A stretch of 29,206 nt of DNA from Nannocystis sp. ILAH1 (GTDB lineage: Bacteria; Myxococcota_A; Polyangia; Nannocystales; Nannocystaceae). Position 1 is the stretch's first letter. Every line of letters starts with the position of its first letter. Below, piece after piece: positions 1 through 8,800 of the stretch. The stretch spans positions 1 through 29,206 of the forward strand of contig NZ_JAPNKD010000014.1 in the NCBI RefSeq assembly GCF_026626585.1. The letters are read 5' to 3'. Position numbers and translations under genes: made by a program. The notes beneath the pieces are model-generated. The model ran no database searches. It was not told where the DNA came from and worked only from the letters and a program-made list of their open reading frames with translations.

Positions 1-61
1 GCACGAGCTCGGCGACGGCGTCGTCCGCGAGTCGGACGATGCCGACCCCCCCGTCGGGCAT
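1..61 (-). CDS. 5' end (about 20 codons, MPDGGVGIVRLADDAVAELV...) of a minus-strand gene that runs out of the window; product unknown
   Basis: ATG on minus strand at 59-61, frame open to the window edge, GC3 about 95% over the 20 visible codons (typical of real genes here, unlike the ORFs at 87-419 and 62-514 which have GC3 of 50-60%). Too short for a functional call. Confidence 0.35.
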   Translation of the reverse strand, partial: MPDGGVGIVRLADDAVAELV

Positions 62-507
62 GTGTCGAGCGATGTCTGCCCCCTGCTCACCGTGGCTCAA
101 GAACCGCCGGAGGTCGGCCGTCCGTGGGTAGAGCTTGCACAGGAGTTCGTGAAGCGGCCGCATCGCAGCCACGTTCGCCGAACCCGTCGAGACGGTCAAC
201 CAGCCAGCTCGCGGCGGTCGCCTCGCCGTGGCGTGCCTGCTCGCCGACACCGACTGCCACGGCTCGCAGCTCAGGCCGCCTCACCAGCACGGGGGCACGC
301 CGACGCATATGTCCCCGGAGCAGGCCCAGGACGAGCGCGTCGATCACCACGCTGGCGATCGAGGCCGAGCGGTAGGCCGCGTAGATGTGGGCGGTGCTGG
401 GTGATGCGGCGTGCCCCACAACGACGATCCTCGGTCACGCGACACACCTGCTCGCTGCCGCGCGGACCTGGAGCGTCTCCACCAGCTCTCCAAAACGCAG
501 GTCGAAG

Positions 508-532
508 CCCGTGAGTCCTGGGGACTCACGGG
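508..532 (-). terminator. Perfect 11-bp stem / 3-nt loop hairpin (CCCGTGAGTCC-TGG-GGACTCACGGG) about 90 nt downstream of the stop of the 620-2545 gene; candidate factor-independent terminator or RNA stability element
   Basis: Read directly: the arms are exact reverse complements. On the minus strand a GCGUUUUGG tract follows about 11 nt after the stem, so it is not a canonical hairpin-plus-U-tract terminator. Confidence 0.4.
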
Positions 533-619
533 CTCTCGAGCACTAGCAGAATTTCTGTGCCAGGACGCGGACTTGGGGCGAAAGGCGAGCGCGATCGAGT
601 GGTTGTCGAAGTCCGGGTC

Positions 620-2545
620 CTACTGCATGAAGCAGTAGATCGGCTTCTTCCAGGCGCACGATTGCTGGCAGACGAATTGCGTCCACAGGCCGTCGGCCTT
701 GTTCCACTGGCCGCCGCCGGTGAAGCCGGGGGCGTTGCTGGTCCAGTTCTGGCAATCGGTGAAGTCCGTGAACATGGTGCCGTTGGTGATCGTGTTGGTG
801 AAGGTGAGCTGGGAGACGCCGCCGCAGACGTTGGCGTCGGAGCCGGGCGGGGTCTTGAGCTCGGAGAGGTTGATGGCGGCGGCGATGTTGCCGTCGATGA
901 GGTCGGCCCAGTTGTTGGCGACGAGGACGCCGTCGCGGCGGGCGTAGGGGATGGCCGACTTGGTGAAGCGGGTGACGGGGGTGCCGGTGTCGTCGCTCAG
1001 CCAGGCGCGGTAGGTGCCGGGGAGGCCGGCGGCCTGGGCGGCGGCCTGGCACTTCATGTCGGCGCCGGCGAGGCCGCCGAGGTTGCCGTCGAAGCCCTGG
1101 CTGGTGGCGAACACGACCTTGTGCGCCTTGCACTTCGAGCTGCAGCCGTCACCCTCGGCGAGGTTGCCGTCCTCGCAGTTCTCGCCGGCGGCGCTGTTGA
1201 TGACGCCGTCGTTGCAGGCGGCGAAGGTGCAGTCGAGGTCGCAGGTGGAGGTCTGGCTGCCGTGATCGCAGGCCTCGCCGGCGCTCTCGTTGAGGACCTC
1301 GTCGCCGCAGACGACGGCGGTGCAGTCGTCGTCGCAGGTGGCGGTCTCGGTGCCGGCGTCGCAGGTCTCGCCGGCGGCGCCGTTGACGGTCTTGTCGCCG
1401 CACACCGCGAGGGTGCAGTCGCTGTCGCACGTGGGGCTGTCGCCGCCGGTGTCGCACGCCTCGCCGCTGGCCGGGTTGTGGTGGGCGTCGCCGCACTGCG
1501 GGAGGGTGCAGTCGCTGTCGCAGGCGGGGCTGTTGCCGGCGTCGTCGCAGGCCTCGGTGCCGGCGAGGACGAAGCCGTCGCCGCACACCGCGAGCTTGCA
1601 CAGGGTGGTGCAGGCGTCGTCGTCGAGGGCGTTGCCGTCGTCGCACTCCTCGTCCATCTGCAAGATGCCGTCGCCGCAGGTGGCGAGGGCGCACTCGTTG
1701 GTGCAGGTGTCGTCGTTGACGTCGTTGCCGTCGTCGCAGGCCTCGAGCAGGTCGTGGACGATGCCGTCGCCGCACTCGGCGAGGATGCAGCCGACCAGAC
1801 AGTCGTCGTTGTCGAGGTCGTTGCCGTCGTCGCACGGCTCGACGCCGACCTGGACGACGCCGTCGCCGCACACGGCGGTGGTGCAGGCGTTGGTGCAATC
1901 GTCGCCGTCGTCGAGGTTGCCGTCGTCGCACTCCTCGGTGATCTGGACGATGCTGTCGCCGCAGACGGGGAGGCGACAGCCGGTCGAACAGCCGTCGCCC
2001 TCGATGTCGTTGCCGTCGTCGCACTCCTCGCCCACGAGCTCCTGGACGATGCCGTCGCCGCACACGGCGGCGATGCAGGCGTTGGAGCAGGCGTTGAGGT
2101 CGACGAGGTCGCCGTCGTCGCACTCCTCGCCCGGATCGACCTGACCGTCGCCGCAGATCGGCGGCGGGCCGGTGGTGCTGTCGGTCTCGCCGGTGGTGGT
2201 GGTGGTCGAGGTCGAAGTCGTGGTCGAGGTGGTGGTGCCGTCGGTGATGGTGCCGTCGGTGACCGTGCCGTCGGTGCTCGTGATCGCGGTGTCGGTGGCA
2301 GGCCCGGTGGTCGGCTCGAGGGTGGTGCCGGTCTCGGTGCCGCCGATCGTGCCGGTCTCGGTAGTCGGCGCGGTGGTGGTCGGCAAGTCGGGGCCGGTGG
2401 TGCTGCCTGCAGTGGTGGTGCCGTCAGTGTCGGTGGTGCCGGTGCCGGTGTCCGTGAGCACTGCAGTGTCGGTGCGACCACAGGCGAGGGCCGAGGCGAG
2501 CATCACGAGACCCAGCGAACGACAAGCGAAGCTGTAAGCGAGCAT
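620..2545 (-). CDS. Secreted 641-aa protein: signal peptide (MLAYSFACRSLGLVMLASALAC), Thr/Gly-rich low-complexity linker, 11 tandem Myxococcus cysteine-rich repeats (CGDGxVxxxEECDDGNxxxxDxCxxxCxxA, TIGR02232-like), C-terminal DUF1554-like globular domain
   Basis: Long ORF with high GC3. Internal ATG at 2545 preceding a hydrophobic signal sequence (the track's 620-2635 ORF adds 30 non-signal residues). Repeat consensus read directly, 11 copies. The C-terminal ~180 aa (KVVFATSQGFDGNLGG...CQAAAQAAGLPGTYRAWLSD...) resembles DUF1554, which commonly follows these repeats in myxobacteria (from memory, not searched). Confidence 0.85.
   Translation of the reverse strand: MLAYSFACRSLGLVMLASALACGRTDTAVLTDTGTGTTDTDGTTTAGSTTGPDLPTTTAPTTETGTIGGTETGTTLEPTTGPATDTAITSTDGTVTDGTITDGTTTSTTTSTSTTTTTGETDSTTGPPPICGDGQVDPGEECDDGDLVDLNACSNACIAAVCGDGIVQELVGEECDDGNDIEGDGCSTGCRLPVCGDSIVQITEECDDGNLDDGDDCTNACTTAVCGDGVVQVGVEPCDDGNDLDNDDCLVGCILAECGDGIVHDLLEACDDGNDVNDDTCTNECALATCGDGILQMDEECDDGNALDDDACTTLCKLAVCGDGFVLAGTEACDDAGNSPACDSDCTLPQCGDAHHNPASGEACDTGGDSPTCDSDCTLAVCGDKTVNGAAGETCDAGTETATCDDDCTAVVCGDEVLNESAGEACDHGSQTSTCDLDCTFAACNDGVINSAAGENCEDGNLAEGDGCSSKCKAHKVVFATSQGFDGNLGGLAGADMKCQAAAQAAGLPGTYRAWLSDDTGTPVTRFTKSAIPYARRDGVLVANNWADLIDGNIAAAINLSELKTPPGSDANVCGGVSQLTFTNTITNGTMFTDFTDCQNWTSNAPGFTGGGQWNKADGLWTQFVCQQSCAWKKPIYCFMQ
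1174..2149 (-). repeat. Intragenic tandem array: 11 copies of a ~105-120 nt unit encoding the CGDG..ECDDGN cysteine repeat
   Basis: The peptide repeats are near-identical in the Cys/Gly/Asp positions; the DNA units (..tcgtcgcactcctcg.., ..gccgtcgccgcagac..) recur with the same period. Confidence 0.8.
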
Positions 2546-2879
2546 GCTCGCCAGGGTACGAGAGTCGAGCGAAGGCCGGCAACTCGCGCCGCCGCAGGCG
2601 ACGTCCGCGGGCAGGTGCGCCCTGAGCCCACCCATCCGGCCGAAGCCGCGCCCGCGGAGCAGCGTCGGAGGAAAGATGCAGCGCGTCCGTGCGCGGACCG
2701 TTACGCGGCCGTCAGGTCGGAGCAGTCCGCCGCGCGATCGCGACGTGAAGACGGCAGGCGCGGCGGGTCCTCACGCGGGCGAGGCGAGGACCACGAAGGT
2801 GGAGCGCAGCGATCGCTTCCGTGGCGAGGACGGGTCGAGAGGAGGCGCGCCGTGGGAAGACTCGGCGCCGATGCCGGCG

Positions 2880-3059
2880 AAGGGGATGCGTCCGGACCCG
2901 GGTCACGCCGGCGGGTCGCGCCACCCGAAGTCGATGCGCTCGCCCTCCTCAGGGCAGCTCTGCGAGCAGCTCGGGGCCGGGTCACGCCGGCGGGTCGGGC
3001 CGCTCGAAGTCGATGCTCGCGTCGCCTCGGGCAGCGAGAGCATCGACAATGCGAAGAGC
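2880..3059 (-). repeat. Two degenerate, frameshifted tandem copies (period about 90 nt) of the last ~25 codons plus stop of the adjacent small gene 3060-3305
   Basis: Minus-strand translation of 2881-2960 gives ..PELLAELP, then after a +1 shift EEGERIDFGWRDPPA-stop. 2971-3050 gives ..ARGDASIDFERPDPPA-stop. Compare the true gene end AELLALLRKHVPEEGEGIDIEWRDEPA-stop. Each copy ends in ccggcgtgacccgg. Confidence 0.6.
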
Positions 3060-3305
3060 TCAGGCGGGCTCGTCGCGCCACTCGATGTCGATGCCCTCGC
3101 CCTCCTCGGGCACGTGCTTGCGCAGGAGGGCGAGCAGCTCGGCGTCGACCTGGTTCTCCTCGAGGTAATCGAGGGTGTCGCGGTCGATGTAGTAGTCGCG
3201 GTCGTCGGCGCTCTCCTCGACGAGGAGATCGATGAGGTCGCGCAGCTGGTCGTCGGTGATAGGTCCGATCAGGGCGCCGGTCTGCTTGTTGTAGAGGCGA
3301 GTCAC
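3060..3305 (-). CDS. Small acidic protein, about 81 aa (VTRLYNKQTGALIGPITDDQLRDLIDLLVEESADDRDYYIDRDTLDYLEENQVDAELLALLRKHVPEEGEGIDIEWRDEPA), function unknown
   Basis: Excellent GC-rich codon usage (GC3 above 90%) and non-low-complexity sequence. There is no ATG in frame. GTG at 3305 is the nearest start. The track's longer version (GTG at 3461, 133 aa) adds an Arg/Pro-rich N-terminus and would run through hairpin repeat 1, so I treat it as the less likely alternative. Confidence 0.6.
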   Translation of the reverse strand: MTRLYNKQTGALIGPITDDQLRDLIDLLVEESADDRDYYIDRDTLDYLEENQVDAELLALLRKHVPEEGEGIDIEWRDEPA

Positions 3306-3430
3306 GCGGGGATGGTAGCCGGTCCGGGGCGGCGGCGCGACGCTGGTCGGACGGCGGGCGAACGGGCCGCCGGGAGCCGCGCGAGGGCGGCTCTGCTCGC
3401 TCGCGGCGCGGTCGTCCGGCCGGTCCGGCC

Positions 3431-3564
3431 GGACCTGGCCGATGGGGCAGGTTCTGGCCACGGAGCCGTTCGCGCGTCCGCCCGGGCGGCCGGACCTGGC
3501 CGGTGGGACAGGTCCGGCCCGCGGTGGCGGTCGCGCGGGCGGACCTGGTCTGTGGGACAGGTCA
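3431..3564. repeat. Three direct copies (3431-3454, 3492-3515, 3541-3564) of GGACCTGG-N8-GGGACAGGTCC, each an inverted repeat GGACCTG-N10-CAGGTCC giving a 6-7 bp hairpin; the array starts on the stop codon of gene 3562-4428
   Basis: Read directly. The third copy overlaps the stop triplet at 3562-3564. A 14-bp perfect palindrome GGTCCGGCCGGACC precedes copy 1 at 3422-3435. Candidate U-less intrinsic terminators, REP-like stabilisers or operator array upstream of the small acidic gene. Confidence 0.6.
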
Positions 3565-4428
3565 GACGGGGCAGCCGGGCTCGCCCATGTCGCAGCAGAG
3601 GCAGACGGAGGTGCCCATGTCGTCGCCGCAGAAGCCGTGGTCGTACAGGGCCATCATGGCGTCGCCGACCTCGGTACACTGGACGAAGCAGTCGAACTGC
3701 GACAGCTTGCCGTAGATGCAGGTGTTGAGGTTGGTGTCGTCCTCGCAGCTGGCGGGGTCGCTGTTCTCGCAGGCGGTGCCGGGGCCGTCGCCGCAGATGA
3801 ACTCGACGGTCTTGCCGGTGTCGACGCAGCCGTAGGCGAAGTCGTAGCCGTCGAAGCTGCAGCTGTCCTTGGCGAGGTTGGGCTCGAGCACCCAGGTGGC
3901 GCCGTCGCAGCGGTAGACCTGGCTGCCCTCGGGGCCGCAGGCCTCGGTCATCGTGCACCAGAACTGGCCGTTCTGGCAGTTCTCGGGCGGCGGCTGCTCG
4001 CCCTGGCACTCGACGCCGCCGGTGGTGGTGCCCTCGCTGGTGTCAGTGGTCTCGGTGGTGCTCGCGGTCGCCTCGGTGGTGGTCGTGGTCGAGCTGGTCT
4101 CCGGCAGCGTGGTCGACTCGGTGGTCGGGCCGGTGGTGGTGGTCGGCTCGCTGGTCGAGGTCGGCTCGACGGTGGTGGTGCCGACGCTCGAGACCGTGGT
4201 GGTGTCCTCGACCGGACAGCAGGACAGGTCGTTCGGGTCGTCGGTGCAGTACTCGAAGCCGTCGTTGCAGTAGCAGGTCTCGCCGTCGAGGTACGAGTTG
4301 GGGTCGTCGCACACGAACTCGCCGGTGTCGGAGTCGGAGGTGTTCGTGGTGTTGCCGCCGCCGATGATGCAGGCCGACGCGAGCCCCAGGAGGGCCAGGA
4401 GCGCGATTTTGCGAGGTAAGCGAGCCAT
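3562..4428 (-). CDS. Cys-rich putative lipoprotein (288 aa): signal peptide with lipobox-like LASAC, Thr-rich linker, two Cys-rich modules; no recognisable domain
   Basis: ATG start, high GC3, N-terminal MARLPRKIALLALLGLASAC. Only 32 nt separate it from the upstream gene 4461-5669. A T6 run lies immediately 5' of the ATG. Confidence 0.8.
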   Translation of the reverse strand: MARLPRKIALLALLGLASACIIGGGNTTNTSDSDTGEFVCDDPNSYLDGETCYCNDGFEYCTDDPNDLSCCPVEDTTTVSSVGTTTVEPTSTSEPTTTTGPTTESTTLPETSSTTTTTEATASTTETTDTSEGTTTGGVECQGEQPPPENCQNGQFWCTMTEACGPEGSQVYRCDGATWVLEPNLAKDSCSFDGYDFAYGCVDTGKTVEFICGDGPGTACENSDPASCEDDTNLNTCIYGKLSQFDCFVQCTEVGDAMMALYDHGFCGDDMGTSVCLCCDMGEPGCPV

Positions 4429-4460
4429 GGCGAAAAAATGACATAAACCCGCGGGGCGCG

Positions 4461-5669
4461 TCAGGGCAATTTATCGCCCGTGTCGCACAGGAAGCGGAAG
4501 CTGTAGCCGCCCGGCTGGGGCAGGGCCTTGTAGCTCTTCACGCTGCCGTCCTGGTTCCACTGGTAGAGCATCGAACAGCCCTCGCACGCCCCGAGCTCGT
4601 CGGGCTCGCCGCTGCCGACGGCGACGTCGCTGACGAACCACGCCTGGTCGTCGCCGGCGCGCCACTCGGGACAGTCGAGCCCGTTGAGCGGCGCGTCGAC
4701 GCAGCTCTCGCCCGCGGTGACTGGATAGATCCCCAAAATCTGCAGGTAATCGGCGCCGCTCTTCACCGTGCCGCCCCCGACCGGCTCGAGATTGTCGCCG
4801 GTGGCGACCTCGTAGGCGACGCCGAGGTGCGCCGGGCTGCGCGGGACGAACAGCTGCATGCCCCAGTCGGCGCAGGCGGCCTCGGCGGTGGCGGCGGTGG
4901 CCGGGTTGGGGTTCATGCCGCCGGCGACGTCGACCTTGAGGAAGGTGTAACCGCCGCCGTCGACGGCCGGATCGAGGGCGCACCAGACGTCGATCGGGTC
5001 CATGATGCCTTCGCGGCGGACGCTGAAGACGCCGCTGACGGCCTCGGGGGTGGCCTCCAGCCACTCGAGGCAGCTGTGGGCGTACCGGCAGGTGGGCAGG
5101 CAGTCGGGGCCGTCCTCGCAGTCCTCGTTCTCGGGATCGACCTGGCCGTCGCCGCAGCCGGGGGCGGCGGCGCTGCAGTCGGCGAGGCAGCTGCCGTAGG
5201 TGCCGTCGTTGGTGCCGTCGTCGCAGACCTCGTCGCCGTTGAGGACGCCGTCACCGCAGGCGGGCAGGAGGCAGGCGGTGGTACAGGCGCCGTCGTCGGC
5301 GTTGTCGGGGCCGAGGTCGCACTCCTCGGCGTCCTTGGCGACGAGGCCGTCACCGCACGTGGCGTTGCGACAGTCGGAGGTGCAGGCGCCGTCGTCGGCG
5401 TTGTCGGGGCCGAGGTCGCACTGCTCGTCGGCGTCGACGAAGCCGTCGCCGCACACGGGCTCGGCGGTGGTGGCGGGCTCGCTCGTGGTCGGTTCGCCCG
5501 TGGTCGGGTCGCTCGGGGAGACGCCGGTGGTGTCGACGGCGGTGGTGGTGCCCGGGCCGGTGGCGGTCGACTCGGTCTCGGTGTTGGCGTTGGGGTCGAG
5601 GCAGGCCTGCAGGGCCAGGGCCGTGACGCTCAGTTGCAGCGAGATCCGGAGACGCGGCGCGGTGGGCAT
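4461..5669 (-). CDS. Putative lipoprotein (402 aa): signal peptide/lipobox (ALALQAC), Thr-rich linker, 4-5 Myxococcus cysteine-rich repeats (CGDGxV..EECDxG), C-terminal ~200-aa globular domain (possibly C-type-lectin-like)
   Basis: ATG at 5667-5669 and high GC3. Repeats read directly (CGDGFVDADEQCDLGPDNADDGACTSDCRNAT; CGDGLVAKDAEECDLGPDNADDGACTTACLLPA; CGDGVLNGDEVCDDGTNDGTYGSCLADCSAAAPG; CGDGQVDPENEDCEDGPDCLPTC). The C-terminal segment AEAACADWGMQLFVPRSPAHL is CTLD-like, from memory only. Confidence 0.85.
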   Translation of the reverse strand: MPTAPRLRISLQLSVTALALQACLDPNANTETESTATGPGTTTAVDTTGVSPSDPTTGEPTTSEPATTAEPVCGDGFVDADEQCDLGPDNADDGACTSDCRNATCGDGLVAKDAEECDLGPDNADDGACTTACLLPACGDGVLNGDEVCDDGTNDGTYGSCLADCSAAAPGCGDGQVDPENEDCEDGPDCLPTCRYAHSCLEWLEATPEAVSGVFSVRREGIMDPIDVWCALDPAVDGGGYTFLKVDVAGGMNPNPATAATAEAACADWGMQLFVPRSPAHLGVAYEVATGDNLEPVGGGTVKSGADYLQILGIYPVTAGESCVDAPLNGLDCPEWRAGDDQAWFVSDVAVGSGEPDELGACEGCSMLYQWNQDGSVKSYKALPQPGGYSFRFLCDTGDKLP

Positions 5670-5763
5670 GTTCGAGGGATTTGTCCACGATTCAGCCGGG
5701 GCCGCAAGAGGCGCGAGGCGAGGCGAGCTGAATCAAAAGACAGGGGCGTGGGAATGCGACGAG

Positions 5764-5790
5764 GCCGCGAGCCCCTGGCGGGCTCGCGGC
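5764..5790 (-). terminator. Perfect 11-bp stem / 5-nt loop hairpin (GCCGCGAGCCC-CTGGC-GGGCTCGCGGC) 25 nt downstream of the giant TPR gene stop and ~95 nt upstream of the next gene (start 5669); attenuator/terminator or processing site
   Basis: Arms are exact reverse complements. On the minus strand a U-richer tract CUGUCUUUUGAUU follows about 28 nt later. Same family as the hairpin at 508-532 (CCGYGAGYCC...GGRCTCRCGG). Confidence 0.4.
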
Positions 5791-5814
5791 CTCGAGGACG
5801 GCCTCAGGGGCGCG

Positions 5815-8800
5815 TCAGCGCGACTTGACCTCGAAGCCGAGGGCGCGGCGGGCCCCGACGTAGGCGGGGCTGACTGCGAAGACCAGGAGGTCGCGCAGGT
5901 CGGCGTCGAAGGCCGCGCGGGCCTTGAGGGCGGCGCTGCGTTCGCCTGGCTCTTGGGGCAGGCCGAGGATGTCGAGGGCGGCGCCGAGGTTGCGCGACAG
6001 GCACAGGCCGACGCGGTCGCCGGAGCGCTGGACCCATGCGCGCCAGTCGCGGCTGTCGAAGCCCTCCTGCTCGCGCTCCTTGAAGCCGGTGCTGAGCTGG
6101 CGGGCCAGGCGGATCGGCAGCTTGCGCGCGAGGGTCTGGCCGAGCCGCGTGGCCAGGTCGGCCTCGTCGCGGGCGCGCACGCGCCGGGTGTGGCGCGGGT
6201 GGAAGGCCTGCAGGGCGGCCGCGAGGACGCCGGCGAACAGCGGCTTCGGCAGGCCGGAGACGAGGATCGCGGCGGGGCGGGTGAAGAACATCGCGCGCCC
6301 GAGGGCGAAGCGCAGCCGCGGGGCGGTGGTCTCGGCGCGGGCGGCCGGGCCGACGAGGATCACCGGCGGGTGCACGCACGAGACGCTGGTCCAGCCGCCC
6401 TCGACGCGCATGTCGGGGAGCAGCTCGACGTCGGCGAGGCGCACGCCCTGGGCCGGCATCTGCGTGCCGAGCTCGGTCCAGACCTTCCACAGGAGGGTGT
6501 CCTTGTCGGTCTCGGCCTCGATCCAGGCGGCCTCGCTGAACTGCGGGCGCGGCAGCTCTTCGGCGAGCAGCTCGGCGGCGCCCTCCCACAGCGCGGTGAG
6601 AGCCGGGACGACGCCGGCGTCGGCGGGGGCCGGGTCGATGACCGTGGCGGGGTCGAGCTTGCCGCTGCGCACCGACAGCAGCTCGTGGCTGGTGAGGAAG
6701 GCGCCGGCCTCGGCGTGGCCGGGGCTGACGATCCGCAAGAGCTGGTGGATGGCGTGGGCGCGGCCCTCCTCGCCGTTCTCGGCGCAGTGGCGGGCGAGCG
6801 CGGCCAGGCTGGCCTCGTCGAGCGGGTCGAGGTGGAGCAGGGCGTCGGAGTTGCTGCGCACCTGCGGGCCCTGGATCTTCTCGTCGGCGTAGAGCCGGGC
6901 GAGCTGGCGCCGCGGGGCCAGGCCGAGGCCGGTCGGGTCGAGCTCGGCGGCCCGCTCGAGCAGCCGGATCGCCTGCGCGGGTCGGCTGTCCTTCGGGTCA
7001 GGCGAGGGCTCGGCCTGGACCACGAGGTCGGCCAGGCGGACCAGCAGGCGCTGGCGATCGCGGGCCTCGCGTGGGTCACCAGGCGGCTTCTGGACGCTGT
7101 CCTTGGCCAGGTAGGCGCGCACCGCCGGCTCGATCTCGTCGACGGCGCCGGCGGCCCGCAGGGCGTCGACGAGGCCGTGGATCGGGGCGGCGGCGTCGGG
7201 CAGCAGCTCGACCGCGGCGCGGGCGTAGCCGAGCGCGCGCTCGGGGTCGCCGGGTTCGCCGCGCTGGAGGGCGATCTTGACGCCCTCGAGCAGGAAGCCG
7301 GCCCGCTTGGCGTCGCGCAGGTCGGGGTGGTGCAGCAGGCGGTCGAGGCAGCCGAGGGCGATGCCGGCGTTGCGCGAGACGGCGGTCCAGAAGGCGGCCT
7401 CGAGCTGGCGGCGGTCGAGGACCGGGTGCGGGATGTGCTGGATCAGGGCGAGGCCGGCCTGGACGGCGTCGAAGGCGGCGCCGAGGATCTTCTGCGCGGA
7501 GACGCTGACGACGGTCTCCTCGCCGGTCTCGGCGGCGGCCCCTGCGGCCTCGTGGAACAGCATGCCGGCGGCGAGCAGGGCCCGGCCGCGGGCCTCGGGG
7601 TCCTGCTCGAGGTCGGCGAGGGCGAGGGTGTGCTCGGCGGCGTCGACCAGCCTGCCTGACTCTTGGGCCAGCTGGGCCAGGGCCGCGCGGGCCTTGCGGT
7701 GGCGCGGGGCCAGCTCGAGGGCGCGGGCGTAGCGAGCGGCGAGGCGCTCGGCGGGGGCGTTCTGCTTGGCGTCGCACTCGGCGGCGAGGATCAGCAGGTC
7801 GGCGACCACGGGGGCGCGCTCGGGCGGGACCGGGGTGCCGGCGGCGAGGCGCTGCTCGACCGGCTCGAGCGCGGCGACTGCGTCGCGGTGGCGGCCGGCG
7901 GCGGCGCGGTTGTGGGCCATGGCGGCGCGGATCTCGAGGTCGTCGGGGACGTGGCGCAGGGCCATCGAGAGGCGGCGGTAGGCCTCGTTGGCGCGGTCTG
8001 TCTGTTCGAACAGGTGCGCCAGCATCAGCAGGCCCTCGACCAGGCGCGGCTGATCGCGGGTGAGGCCGAACGCCTCGACCGCGGCCTCGAGGATGGCCTC
8101 GGCCTCGGCGTGCAGGCCGGCGTCGATGAGGGCCGCGCCGAGGGCCAGGCGCGCGGGCGCGTAGTCGGGGTCGGCGGCGAGGGCGGCCTCGAAGCGCTGG
8201 CGGGCGCGCGCGAGCTCCTGGCCGCCGCGCAGCAGGGCGCGGCCGCTCTCGGTGAGGATCCGGGCGCGGATCTCGGGGTCGTCGATCTGGGCCAGCTGGG
8301 CGTCGAGCAGGGCGTCGGCGCCGTCGAGGTCGCCGGCGGCCAGGCGCAGGCCGACCAGGCCCTCGATCGCCTGCGACAGCCGGCGGCTGCGCTGCGGGGC
8401 GCCGGGGGCCAGCTCGGCGAGGACGCGGGTGAACAGCTGGGCAGCCAGCTCGGGCTCGCGCAGGCGGTCGCGGGCGATCGCGGCGGCCTCGAGGATGCCG
8501 TCGGGCTCGGCGACGGCGGCGAGGCTGACGGTGAGGGCCCGGTCGTCGCCGAGGGTCCGCGCGAGGGCGACGCGGCGCTGCTGCAGGCCGAGCGCGGCCT
8601 CCGGCGGGGCGGCGGCGAGCGCCTCGTCGAGGGTCTCGAGCGCGCCGCGGGGGTCACCTGCCTCTTCGGCCAGGGCGGTCGCCAGGGCCTCGGCGATGCG
8701 CACGCGGCGGGCCGCCAGCGCCGGCGAGACCGGCTCGGGGATGTCGAACGGCAGCGGCTCCTCGTCGAGCGGCTCGGCGCGGACCTCCATGTCGCTGACG

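Noticed and set aside
87-419. 110-aa minus ORF (and 62-514 +, 124-375 +) in the first 600 bp
   Set aside because: GC3 only about 50-60% in the codons I checked, versus about 90% in real genes here. I treat 62-619 as intergenic (it contains the 508-532 hairpin and small palindromes GCCGTGGC/GCCACGGC).
557-3235. 892-aa plus-strand ORF and its neighbours (543-1133 -, 1054-2481 -, 1149-2123 -, 1290-2144 +)
   Set aside because: Ala/Gly/Arg/Pro-rich shadow frames opposite or alongside the genuine Cys-repeat gene. No domain-like sequence, and the characteristic composition of wrong frames in 70% GC DNA.
3306-3461. Longer 133-aa version of the small acidic gene (GTG at 3461)
   Set aside because: The added N-terminus is Arg/Pro low-complexity and would run through hairpin repeat 1; the shorter GTG-3305 model is preferred, though the long form is not excluded.
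3306-3564. Possible CRISPR array
   Set aside because: Only three 24-nt repeats with unequal spacers (about 37 and 25 nt) that are themselves GC-rich palindromic filler. No cas genes and no leader; better explained as a hairpin array.
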